From: Cyanophora paradoxa CCMP329
Taxonomy: Eukaryota > Plantae > Glaucophyta
Direction: 5' to 3'
Assembly: GCA_004431415.1 (NCBI GenBank)
Contig: QPMI01000490.1
Location: 71,065-135,064 of the forward strand
Length of the DNA stretch: 64,000 nucleotides
The position numbers and the translations under genes were made by a program. A model generated the notes under the pieces. That model saw nothing but the letters and a program-made list of their open reading frames with translations. It was not told the origin of the DNA and did not search any database. Below, in pieces: positions 50,622 through 62,066 of this stretch. Every line of letters begins with the position of its first letter. Position 1 is the first letter of the stretch.

Positions 50622-50894
50622 CTAATCGAACCTAATGCAAATATCCCTATACTCTACTCTAATTGATGAAGTAGCCCTTTTCCTATAAGCCTGAGAGTGC
50701 TTTTTGTTGCATTCCCTACACCCTGATCCCTTCACATGATTAAAGGGATAGGTAAGGATCACCTTATTACACTGCAAACATCTAACAGATACTTTCTCTT
50801 GAGCTTTGATGTAATGTGTCTCACTGTAATCGAATTTATCTTTACCATGAACTGTCATAGCAGCATCAATAAACTTTTTTGTTTTACTATCCAT
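50622..50894 (-). CDS. Small DUF723-like zinc-binding protein (single repeat, no nuclease domain evident)
   Basis: KFIDAAMTVHGKDKFDYSETHYIKAQEKVSVRC..C..P.NHVKGSGCREC. Confidence 0.75.
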   Translation of the reverse strand: MDSKTKKFIDAAMTVHGKDKFDYSETHYIKAQEKVSVRCLQCNKVILTYPFNHVKGSGCRECNKKHSQAYRKRATSSIRVEYRDICIRFD

Positions 50895-50916
50895 ACTCTA
50901 TATATAACCAATATTC

Positions 50917-51746
50917 TTATGGAGCAGTATCCTGCCCAAAAATGGGGAAATATCGATTTGTGCCATAGTATTCAGCATAGGTATTCTGCCTTGCAATAAA
51001 ATCGGTTCTCTCAGCATATAATACACACTTGTAGATACCAAACTTGGTGGCTCTCACCAGAAACTGATAGTCTTCCAAACCGAAATTGACTCCATGATAA
51101 GCAATACCAAAATTATCATATGGGGTGATCACAACTGCAAAATTAGGAGTTCCACCCTCCACTTGACATACAGCATATACATCTGGTGGAATATCCACAA
51201 CAACCTTGTAGTGGTCACCAATCTCAACAAGAGAATCTACTACTGCTGTCTGTTCATTTACTACAATGGGGAATATTTTGATTATATAGGGGCATTCATG
51301 CTGGGGACATAGGTTCGAATTCTTGTATTGGGATCAATGGGATTGGGTTGATCATTCACAAATAAAGGCGCTCCAACAGCCCACCAACCCTAAGACCATC
51401 ACCAATATAAGCTCCCCCGATTTGCAGTTAATAGCTCCCGACCTAGATTCAAAAGAATAAGTAGAAAGAGGATCTCCATAGCTATCTGGGTCTCCATAAT
51501 GAGCAGAAAAGTTTGCATTGGTAACAAGTAGCTTAGTTGTCTTAACTATTCCATTATTTTTATCACATCTGAGTTCCTGTAATCTCAGTTTATGGGTGGA
51601 ACCAAAGGTGTTCATTGTAGGTTGGACCTCTGTTGATTGGAGACCCTCTACATCATCAAAAGTAGCATGCTGCAGAACATGGTTTGCTGGTGCAGCTAAT
51701 GATAGCTGAGGTGTAATAATTCGTTCAAGTGGGGTTGCTCAGCCAT
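50917..51746 (-). CDS. Hypothetical virion-type protein, paralogue 1 (frameshifted)
   Basis: Starts at ATG 51746. DDVEGLQST..LRLQELRCDKNNGIVKTTKLLVTNANF matches paralogue 2. The C-terminal piece is ORF 50917..51198. Confidence 0.6.
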
Positions 51747-51768
51747 TTTACATTAAAGGATATATCTT

Positions 51769-52622
51769 TTATGGGGTTGGGTCATCAATTACATCTAATT
51801 CTTGGTAAAATCCTGTTGTGAATATATCAGCAACATTTACCCCACGAAGTGCTGATACAGCTGCTATATCTGTTCTCAGTCCCATAATCATAGTATTGTA
51901 TACTCCAACCTCAGTGACAAACAGATCATAGGTAAATGTCAAATTGTTATAAACACAATATCCTCTGCCAAAATGGTTCGAAGCTTGAACAAAGAATAAG
52001 TAGTTGTGTCCTGGTTGATTATTATTGGCTCTACACATGGAAAGCATTGCAGTGGGAAGAGGAATATTTCTTCTTACTCGATCAGTTCCTGTAATGGAAA
52101 CTAATTCCGAATTCTCAAGAGTTACAGAGGATGCAACATAGAAATGCAAAAAAGGTTGCTGTGCAACAGGTGTGTAGAAACGAATTCGTTGTGGGTTCTC
52201 CACATTTTGTTCGAGAGTATCTGGACATCATTGTAGGAAACAGATGAAGATAGCTGACCTGAAACTCTGCAGCCACCACCAATAAATGCTCCTCCTGATC
52301 TCACAGTTACAGCAGCAGTGTTTTTATCATAATCAAGGGCTTTCAGATCAACACTGTAAGCATCAGGACCTCCATTAGTAGGCTGAAAGAAGTTAGCATT
52401 TGTGACAAGAAGTCGAGTTGTTTTAACCACACCAGAATTCTTATCAGCTCTCAGCTCTTTAACTCGAATAATCGAATTTTTATCAAAGGAGTTACCATTG
52501 GAATTGGGTCTCTCTGTGGATTCTAAACCACGAACCTCATCATTAACTTCATGCTGGCGAAAGTGCATTGCAGGGGATCCAAGGGAATATATTGGAAGTT
52601 GAACTCGATTATATTCACCCAT
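51769..52622 (-). CDS. Hypothetical virion-type protein, paralogue 2 (one frameshift near 52210)
   Basis: ORFs 52122..52622 and 51769..52203 overlap; DEVRGLEST..IRVKELRADKNSGVVKTTRLLVTNANF. Confidence 0.65.
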
Positions 52623-52661
52623 TGCTTCTTTTACTAAGAAGGAAAGAAAAATAAACTACCA

Positions 52662-52967
52662 TCAAGCCAAAGTGATTAAATTCGATCCAAGGGATTGGTA
52701 AACAGTTGAAAGAACTTGCAGGTTGGACGTCATTGCTTTAATGTTGTTATCACACTCATTGTATTTAGCAACAGGGTCACCATATGCAGATTTGGCAAGG
52801 ACATTAACCAAGAGGTTTTTATACTCATTGACAACTGGTGAGAGCTTATTGGTTTGCTGAATCGTTTTTTCAACTGTTTGTAATGCGTTTACAAGGGTGA
52901 TTGTATCGAAAGAAAGCGCAACAGGCTCAGTAGAATAGGTGGTTCCACCAAGTGGATAGGTTGCCAT
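52662..52967 (-). CDS. Small helical hypothetical protein (101 aa)
   Basis: Intact ORF whose ATG lies in a TAAATG context, 3 nt after the fibre stop codon. Confidence 0.7.
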   Translation of the reverse strand: MATYPLGGTTYSTEPVALSFDTITLVNALQTVEKTIQQTNKLSPVVNEYKNLLVNVLAKSAYGDPVAKYNECDNNIKAMTSNLQVLSTVYQSLGSNLITLA

Positions 52968-52970
52968 TTA

Positions 52971-55900
52971 TTATACTGAGATATTTTTAATTTGATCTAT
53001 TTGACTTTGGAGATTCTGACATGTTTGTGTTAAATCTTTGCATTTCTGGGATAATTCTTTAACGGCTTCTATGAGAACTGGAATTAAACCTGTGTATTCG
53101 AGAGCTAAGTAGCCATCGTCTTGTTTTGCTCTCACAACTTCTGGTATTACCTGTTGCACATCTTGCGCAATTAAACCTAATCTTGTTCCATCTTTTTCAC
53201 TTCCGATTCGTTTAAAACTCACTCCTTCTAATTTCTCTATTGCTGAAAGAGCGCCAGTTATCTTTTTAATATCGGTTTTGTATCTTCTATCGCTACCTTG
53301 TCCGAGATAGTTTCTAACCCACATGTATCCATCATCATTTATAAATGCTACATGTGTATCCCACGTATTTCTAAATTCTACTACTGTTGTTGCATGTCCT
53401 CTAATATATGTAGTTGATGCTGAACCGAAATATATTCTTGAATAACCTTCACTTGAAGTAATCCAAGTTCCGGTTGCCCAAATGGTGCGTTCATCTTTAC
53501 TAAAAACGTTATCCCAACTTATAAAACCATTTGCTGGGGCTGTTCTTCCTTTTTCTTTTGTCCATCCAATCATACCAATGTGACATCTCCCTTTCCTTGC
53601 AACAAATCTTACATGGGAGAATGTATCACAATGGAAAGAAGTCCATGTTAAGCCATCATGCCAGTCTGAATCGTAATTATTTGAAACGGCTTGGTAGCAA
53701 TTCACCCTCATAATGTGATGCCACCTCCCATTTCGATAGCCTCCAATATCGAAATATCTGCAATTTGTCCAACACATATACTGAACATGACATGTTTTCA
53801 TATTGCCAGGGACTTCAATTTGCGCCCAACCACCATCTGTTTCATCGCCTGAAATGTTACTATAAAATCCATCGACTGGATTTGTGTAGGTTGGTGTCCA
53901 ACCTGTTGTCCAAGATCCACTAAATGATAGACCGGGGGAGCCTGTCCCACTCCAAGTATCAAAACTGGTAATATTTCCAATTGAATTAGTGACATCTGTT
54001 AACGACAGATAGGATGTAGGAATAGTAGGTTTACTATAAACATTATTCCAATGAATAAAACCGGTAGAACCACCATGTGAACTACTATTAGCTCGATCGT
54101 GTGTAAAACCAATACCCATAATGTGAACTCTTCCGACTCTCGGATAAATACGGAGGTGAGTAAATCGACCGGCAAGGAAGATTGGGACATTATTAACTCC
54201 ATGGTGATGGTTATCTACACTACCATCGTGTGGGTGATAATTATTTACTCTTGTAATAAATACAATTCCATTTGCTCTAACTCCCCAAATCTCAAAGTAA
54301 CGGCAAGAATTCCATGGTAAATGTGTTAGGAATGCTGTCCCATTCACCAATGCGGTAGGTATTGTATACTGAATCCAAGTAGTTGTAGAAACTTCATCAT
54401 TGCCTTCACTGTTATAGGCATAACTTCCATAATTGTATCCTGGATCCCATTGCCACCCACTACCGATTGTCCAAGTTCCGCCCGATGAATGATAAGCACC
54501 ACCCGCTACTGTGTCGTCGAAACCGTAAAATTTCGGAATCTCATAACCATTTCTTTTAATGTTGCAACATCTATTGTTGTTGCACCAATGGTGGTAGCGC
54601 TTATTGTCGGAACTGTCAAAGTGTTGTTTACCCAAAGGTTACCATTGTCATAAGACTTCAAAATGGCTGTATCTCCTGAATTTCTAAATTCAATTGACAC
54701 ACCTTCACCATTCCCATACCCTCGAATATATGTTGTATTACCACTACCAAACCAAAACCTTGGAATATTATCTGTTGATTTGTGCCAGTCCACAGAATTC
54801 ACTGTCAATAAACTACCTAATGTATAGGTCGCTTCTGCTTTTGTTGCATAAGTTGCTGCAAAATCCGGTTGCTAAACACATTGTCCCAACTTACCATTCC
54901 AATCTCATTATCTGTTGCTCTCTGTCTACTCCAACCGAAAACACCTGTGAGATGAATGCGACCTTTCTTTCCTTGGACGTAAATATACTTGTAGAATTCA
55001 CAATTGATTGAGATGAATAATATACTGTTATGTGTTCCATCCTCATTCACAGACTGGATTCCTTGATAGGCGTTCACACGTTTTAAAAAGTGCTGTTTGT
55101 TATTGACTGTCTGACCATAGATATCAAAGTATCTACAATTATGCCATGGCATGTGTTGAATATAAAACGACTTCATACCTGCGGGAACAGCCCATCTCAT
55201 CCAACAACCACTGCAATCTTCATCATTTTGTGGTGTTGTGTAGCATCCTGTTTGTCCTGTTCTTCCAGTCCATCCTGTAACAGTCCAATTATTAGCGCTT
55301 CGATCTGTTGATATAACATCTAATTGGTCAAAATCATAACCTTTTGGTATTGTTGTCCCACCTATTTGTAGAGTGGTAGCATTCACAGTTCCATTAACAG
55401 TTCCACCTGTTAGAGGTAAATAATTCCCAAGAGCTGCTGTCAACTCTGCATCTGTTGCATAGCTATTTAAACTGGCTGAGGTCAGATATCCTTTATTGTT
55501 AAGGTAATCATCTGTCACTACTCCTGAAAGGGTGGTATTGTGTAAGTTTTTGGCTGCCATCCTCTGATTGACTTCTAAGGCTCCACCTGATGTCGTTTTA
55601 ATCCATGCAATCTCACATTTCCCATGATCATCTGTGGGTTGTCCCACAACAGGAAGGTAGTTTACAACTTTCTCCCTTGTGAACACAATTTTAGGTCTTG
55701 CTCCATCATATGCGCTTTGATCTGTAACGTTTATTTGAATAGCTGCTGAAAAATCGGCTACTTGTCCTGTTTCACCTGGGTGATAATTCGTAACATAGAT
55801 ACTGGGGAAAGTATCATTTACTCCTACATTAAAATCACCATCATAAACTCCATTTACGATTGGATCCTGGGTAATCTTACTGCAAGAGTTCCTCCATTGG

Positions 55901-58494
55901 AGTGCCTGTTTGACCTGTAAAAGTCCCATTGAGACTAACATAATGATTATTCAAATACAATCTTTCAGGTGTATTACTCGATTGGTAAAGTGTGACTCCA
56001 TTAAAAACATTTCCGATTGCATTCAACTGTGCAAACACTGGTTGTTGATCGATTTCACTCCAAGGGTGTCTGTGATTGCAGTTGGTGATCTGGGAATAAT
56101 CATGACTGTGTGGATCAGGTGGAAAGGTTAATGGTGGATTCGTGATATGTTCCATAAATGCTCATGGGGACTGGGTGGGAAGGTTAATGGTGGATTTGTT
56201 ATATGCTCCCATAAATGCTCATGTGCAAAATCTGTTATTTCATCTTTTGTGTGGGTGTGGTTATCGATCCAACCTAAAACTACATTGGATGTAGGATGAT
56301 TTGGTAGATTCGCTTCAATATTCACAGTCAAATAGTCAACTTCTAGATTACTTCCGTAAATATTACTTGCCCATAGGTTACTTGTGAAAATATTACTTGT
56401 ATAAAGGTTACTGGTGTAAATGTTACTTGTGACTGTAAGGTTTGTGTCATTTTTGATCACAAAAAGAGAAAGAATATTTGTGAGTTCACCTTCATCAATA
56501 TATCCTTGCTCTTCTAAATAATCCTCTGTGACCACTCTCGAAATATTTTCATTGTGTATGTTTTTGCAGCCATCCTCTGATTGGATTCCAGAACCCACCA
56601 TAGTTGGTTTTAATCCATGCAAGCTCTGCTCTCCATAATTATCATTTGCAGTTCCCACTATGGGAATGTAGGAATATTTATCTCTGCTGAATACTATCAT
56701 TGGTCTTGAGCATCTAAACTGCTTACATCTGCTACATGAACCTGTATAGCAGAGTTGTAATTTTGGTAGGTTGCTGGGTCTGTTGGGACTCTGAATGTAT
56801 CTGTGGGAATGTCAGCCTCCATGTAGCTTGACACAAAGATATTTGGTATGGTTGCTCCTGTTCAGGTGGTGGATTATAAGAGCCTGGTAATGTCCTAATA
56901 TGAAGTGGTCCTCTCATAGCTGAATTCGCAAGTGTCCCATTCACATGTACATAGTGTTCATTCAAAAAGATTCTTTCTGGGACATTACAAGTCTGATAAA
57001 GAGAAACCCCAAGTTATCAAGAGGCTCTACCTTTGCGAATTCTGGTTGGTCATTAATCTCATCCCAAGTATGTTCATGTTGCTTGGTGGGAACTCAGTTG
57101 GAATCCCATCAATTTCACCCAATCATGCCTGTGATCCTCTGGTGGATACTTTGAGGTTTGCCTAAGATCTCATCCCAATCATGATTGTGATCCTCTGGGG
57201 ATACTTTGCAGGTTATTATTAATTTGTTCATAATCAGGGAAGAACTCCCAGATCTCAGGTCGAAATCCATCTGGTAACAATTCCTCATGGGTTCATAAGG
57301 TTGCTCATAGTCAACAGCTGGTGGATCATGACCATCTGGTAAATACTCCTCATCAGGTTCATAGTTCTGTTCATACTCATATTCTTGTGGGTCAAAACCA
57401 TCTGGGAGTATCTCCTCCTCATTGGGGTCAAACTGATCATACTCATATTCTTGTGGGTCGAAACCATCTGGTAAATACTCTTCCTCATCTGGAACGAATT
57501 GATATTCATCAAGCTCTAATATATCGACTTCAGGAGGTAAATACTGCTCATCTATTTGCTTTCTGGTTCAATTATAGGTTTATTGCGAACTTGCTCCCAA
57601 CTAACAATATGCTGCCAAAGGCTACATCTTCAGTGCTGTGTATTCTCTTCCAGGCTGTTTCTTTGGTGTTAAATCGGGAGGTCCATTTGGAATGGAATAG
57701 GGAATGGAACTGTTGGTCCATTGGACCATAATGCTCAATTATTTCCCTTAGAGTTTCTCACTCACAAGTTTCTCCCCATTTGCATACACATTGCTGCCAT
57801 GGATATTTCGCCATTGCCTGGTTCTAATTCCAAGGTCTTTCACATTGCTATACAAAGGCAAAAGGTGCCTATCCATTTCGACTAAATCAGGATGTAAATG
57901 GATTGCTACGGTTGACTGGGGCTACTGTTGATTGTAATTGATGGCTTTTTTTGATGGACATCTTTTGGAGTAAAAAACCAAAAGGCTCATTCCTCGCAAA
58001 GTCATATGTAATATCCTTGGGTATACATCATTTGTGTAGGAGACCTGATTTGTGTTGGCAATGGGACCCACTTGCAATACTTGGGGACCTCAGCTTTTGC
58101 AGTGCTGCCCTCATTGTAATTCGCAAAGCTGTGTTCTGTTTGCCCTGCTCATCTTGAACATTGAAATCAATCGACCACTATCGAACCTGGAAGGTATATC
58201 TGGGTGAGTGCCACTGGTTTTTAGTTTCCTAGGTCTCTTCTTGTTGCTTTGATCTCTGCCACTTGGTTTGCTTTCACATTACCCAAACTAAAGGCTACAC
58301 TGACATCCTCTTTATCTGGATCGGTTTGATTCACAGATAAAGCATGCTCCCTTGATTGAGTCTTGATGAATTATCAGAGCTGTGGTCAATTGAAACTGAA
58401 CCCTTTACTTTAATATTATCAAGTTCACATGCTTGGTGCTGCTTGCATTATCATCTTGAATGGTTTCTAGATTTGGTGGGTAATTGAAGCTCAT
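52971..58494 (-). CDS. Giant modular fibre/spike protein (~1800 aa if joined) with C-terminal peptidase S74 intramolecular chaperone; many frameshifts
   Basis: The C-terminus reads SDRRYKTDIKKI..AIEKLEGVSF..GLIAQDVQQVIPEVV..LEYTGLIPVLIEAVKELS. HxH fibre repeats (HTHTKDEITDF, HEHLWEHITNPP) and a DLG..RQWRNI motif (~57830) are present. Consecutive minus-strand ORFs abut or overlap. ATG is at 58494. Confidence 0.75.
57250..57555 (-). repeat. Acidic coding tandem repeat in the fibre gene (DPQEYEY.Q..P.EE.LPDG, about 4-5 degenerate units)
   Basis: Repeated catactcatattcttgtgggtc.aaaccatctgg and ccatctggtaaatactc. Confidence 0.75.
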
Positions 58495-58537
58495 GGCTTT
58501 TACTATATGGATTTATAAAATTCCTGATAAGTAAAAG
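58495..58537. promoter_or_regulatory. Putative bidirectional viral promoter between the fibre and patatin genes
   Basis: 43-bp AT-rich spacer with AGTAAAAG immediately before both divergent ATGs. Confidence 0.55.
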
Positions 58538-60076
58538 ATGCCTCTCAAGGTCGTTTTAAGTCTTCTGGCGGGGGTGCAAGGGGCATTATCATAACCAGGC
58601 TGCTAAAAGAAATCGAAAATCGAACTGGCAGGAGAATAATCGATCTTGTGGATCTTGTGAGTGGAACTTCCACTGGTGGGATCATTGCAATAGGTTGAAT
58701 ATAAGGCATCCTGATAGACCAGGTGAACCTAAACTGACAGCAAACGATTTACACAATATTTACCTAACTCAACTGCCTTTGATTTTCGCAAATCCTCGAA
58801 ATATCATTGAAAATGCCCTATTTAACACAAAGTATGATGTGGGACCTTGGAGACTGCAATCAATTCAGTTACTGGGGAATCACTAATACAGGATTCCCTA
58901 AAGGACATTGTGATCACATCCTTTGATACTCAGAATATGAAACCAATATTTATCACAAATGATAACAATTACAGCTTTCTGCCTTGTAAGATTGCTGCTA
59001 GGGCTACTCTGCTGCTCCTACATATTTCTCTCCTGTAAGCATTGTTGATTTCAATCGGGGAGTATTGTCTGTCTCATTGATGGTGCCATTTCGGGAAACA
59101 ATAATCCAGTGTGGTGTGGTTACAGCCATGCAAAGAAGATTTACAGTGATGATGATGATATATAGTAATAAGCATCTCTTGTGGAGAGGTGGACCCACAT
59201 TTAGAGTCTGATTATGTGGTTATGCTTATGAGACTGTGAACAGCTGGGGCATTCTCTCATGGATTGCCTCAACAGATGAAGCCCATTGATTAACATGCTC
59301 ATGGCTGCAAGTGAGCTTTCTGCCTTGATAAGATGGAGGAGTTGTTACCCTACAACTATGATCAGGATATGGGAGATACTATAGGCTATCAGTCCCACTT
59401 CCAAATCATATAGTAAGCTCCTGGATGACACTTCTAAAATCCCAGACATGCTTGCATTCACTGAAACCTACATAGCAGCAAACAATGATATGATTAATAA
59501 GCTTTGCAGCCTACTAGTAGCAAACTATGAACTGAAGAACCCTTCAAAGGCTTACATTTCATCCACTCTCACTACATCACCTCCTTTGGATGCCAATTGG
59601 TATCAGCTTGCAGATGATGCCTTTACTGCCTCATCCTCTGTGACAGGTAAAGAGCCTTTCATGGCTAGACCTTCAGCATTTGGCTGGGAAGCTGGAGCCT
59701 ATGCTCCTGAACAGATATGGGAAAAACCCCACTGAATACCTTCAAGTTGCTTTTCCATATACTTTTGAACTCTCTCTGTGATTGCCTATGGATCAGGGGA
59801 CACCAATGCTTTATTAAGACTTTCAATGTGGCAAATCCACTGATGGGATCAACTGGTCTTTATTCGATCAGATGGGCAAAACAAATATATGTCTGTGAGA
59901 ACATTAACAATGCTCACAACTCTGGTGATGTGGCTCTATTGGAGTGGTTCCCTCTCAGCATCAAGGATGCTTTTTACATAGTTATTCTCTGAGAATAAGA
60001 TATATTCGCATTTATCCCTGTGTATGTGAATGCTCCCACAATGAGAGTTGACTTTACAGGTGCCTTTATTCGATAA
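58538..60076 (+). CDS. Patatin-like phospholipase with C-terminal extension (several frameshifts; 3' end approximate)
   Basis: Joined reading: MPLKVVLS..SGGGARGII..LLKEIENRTGRRIIDLVDLVSGTSTGGIIA..ARATSAAPTYF..IDGA..NNP. Confidence 0.85.
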
Positions 60077-60982
60077 ACTCCAACTGAAAAGAATTACGAT
60101 TCCATTCATATCAATCAGTTCACCAAAGTAATCTTTAAACTCCACAGTGAGTTCCCTTATCACCAGGTTTCTGTCATTGATTTGAATAAATTCTGCATGT
60201 TCACCACTATGGTAAACATAGCCCCCTATATCTTTACTCAATTGCAATCTAAGGATAGCTCCTGGTTTTGTGGTTGCGATTTTGGAATTATATGTGTCTG
60301 CTGGCAAAGGGGGACAGCTCTTAATATGCATGTACAGATACTGCTCAGCATTCATATCAGACATCTTCCTGCTGTCAAAATAATATGCAAGGGCTTAGAG
60401 GAGAGTCTGGGTCCTGAGAAGGTGATTCCCCATGCTGGGTGATCAGGTGTAATAGGTTTGCATCATACTTTAAAAGGTTCTCAGGTCGATAGGGAGATCC
60501 ACCAACAGGAGGAGTGCTATAATACCCAGTGGTGTATTCAGTAGAACTTACACCAAAAGCTTTCCTATTCTCTGGTTGCTTGCAATAAAACGAAACTCAT
60601 GGTTACTGTAAAACTCCACTTTATAGGTTGTTGGGTTGTAGAATATCTTGAACTCAAAAGCTACTGTTTTGCCTGCAATAGTTTGGAAGCTTGAATAGTT
60701 CAGCCATAATTATAAGGGTGTGTGACCCAAAATGACCCTGATGATGTAGCCACTGGAAGGGGATACACTTGTTGTGTGATCACTTGGTTATATGAACCAT
60801 CTTGGTAATTAAACTGAACTGTTAGATGATCAGTTCCCACACTGTTATAGATACTGTTGGAATCTCTGCATAGAGAACCCTACATTCCTTGGTCTCTCTA
60901 CTGGAGTTGTGAGGGTGACCTGTAAGAGTTTCATTTTGTCCTTGGCTTCTATCCTGCTATCAATATTAACGAGCCGGTTCAT
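60066..60982 (-). CDS. Minor capsid (penton, single jelly-roll) protein 2, frameshifted
   Basis: The N-terminus is MNRLVNIDSR with an EIPNSIYN-like motif. The C-terminus IRELTVEFKDYFGELIDMNG..SFQLEF fits the PLV/NCLDV penton pattern. Confidence 0.7.
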
Positions 60983-61010
60983 TTAATATATAAATATAGA
61001 TAAAAGAAGA
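60983..61010. promoter_or_regulatory. Putative bidirectional promoter between the two penton genes
   Basis: 28-bp AT-rich spacer with TAAATG on - and ATAAAAGAAGAATG on +. Confidence 0.5.
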
Positions 61011-62018
61011 ATGCCTGTGGATTACATCGAGGTTAGCTCATTTAATACAATCTCTGGTGATGGTCCCACATCAAGCTTTGTGGCTAGACTCCCCAGTAGT
61101 TTATGAGAATGTGAGGGCTGTGAGACTGGTCTCAGCCGAATTTTATAACAGTATCCCTATGGTGAGTGGTGAAACCAAAGCAGGAGATGTGACAGTTGAC
61201 AATGCATTTAGCATTTATTATTCTGAACAAACTCCTGAGCGGAAGCTCAGGAATTCCAACAGTTCGCCAGCTGCTGACTATGACAATGGAAACAATTCAT
61301 TATAAGTCGAAACACCCCCATCAAAGCCACCAGCAACTGGTGAATGTAATTAACTCTAAATTCGAAGGCAGAAATCCCAACCATCCATCGCTGCAAATGG
61401 ATGAATCACTGAAACGAATTATATTCCACTCAGCAGTACCATTTTACTTGGCTTTCTCAGTAGCTGTGAACCCAAGCCAACAAACAATCCAAAAGCTGTT
61501 GAGTTCAGCTAGACTGCTGGGTCTTGATCCTGGAAGATATGGTAACTCCCCAATCCAATCACAGGTCTATGATGCTCTCACTGATGGAATCTTTACTGGT
61601 GGTCGCGTGAATGGCATTATATCTTCTTTTGAGCCTGAGAAGACCAGGGACAGTGTTTGTTTGTGAGAGTAAAGGAGCTGGGTGATCTGGTGCAATGTGG
61701 GATGGTCTTCTGACTGGTTACTTTCACAAAATAGTGGTCCCTGATAAAGACTATGGTGAGCATGTTGTTTACAATTCAACAGAAGCTCACCCACTTTACA
61801 AATACTATAATAAAAAGGTTGGATTATCCACTTTCTCGGTTGATATTGTAAATGCTATTAATGAACCAATTGATTTTGAGGGTCAACCTGTTCATCTTAC
61901 CTTTGAAATTCGCTATGGTGATGAGCCAGCTGGGGACCCAGTTTATGAATACTTCAAGATTGCGAATGTCACAGCTTCACCCTTCCTATCCAGTTATTAC
62001 AAACTTCGCATAAATTAA
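61011..62018 (+). CDS. Minor capsid (penton) protein 1, frameshifted
   Basis: VVYENVRAVRLVSAEFYNSIP near the N-terminus; LSTFSVDIVNAINEPIDFEGQPVHLTFEI near the C-terminus. Confidence 0.75.
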
Positions 62019-62066
62019 GGATCATTGGTAGATTTTTTATGTTGCAGTATAATAAAAGAGAATATA

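Noticed and set aside
52971-57555. Diversity-generating retroelement acting on the fibre
   Set aside because: No reverse transcriptase is in the window and no near-identical repeat pair differs only at adenines. The repeats are ordinary diverged coding duplications.
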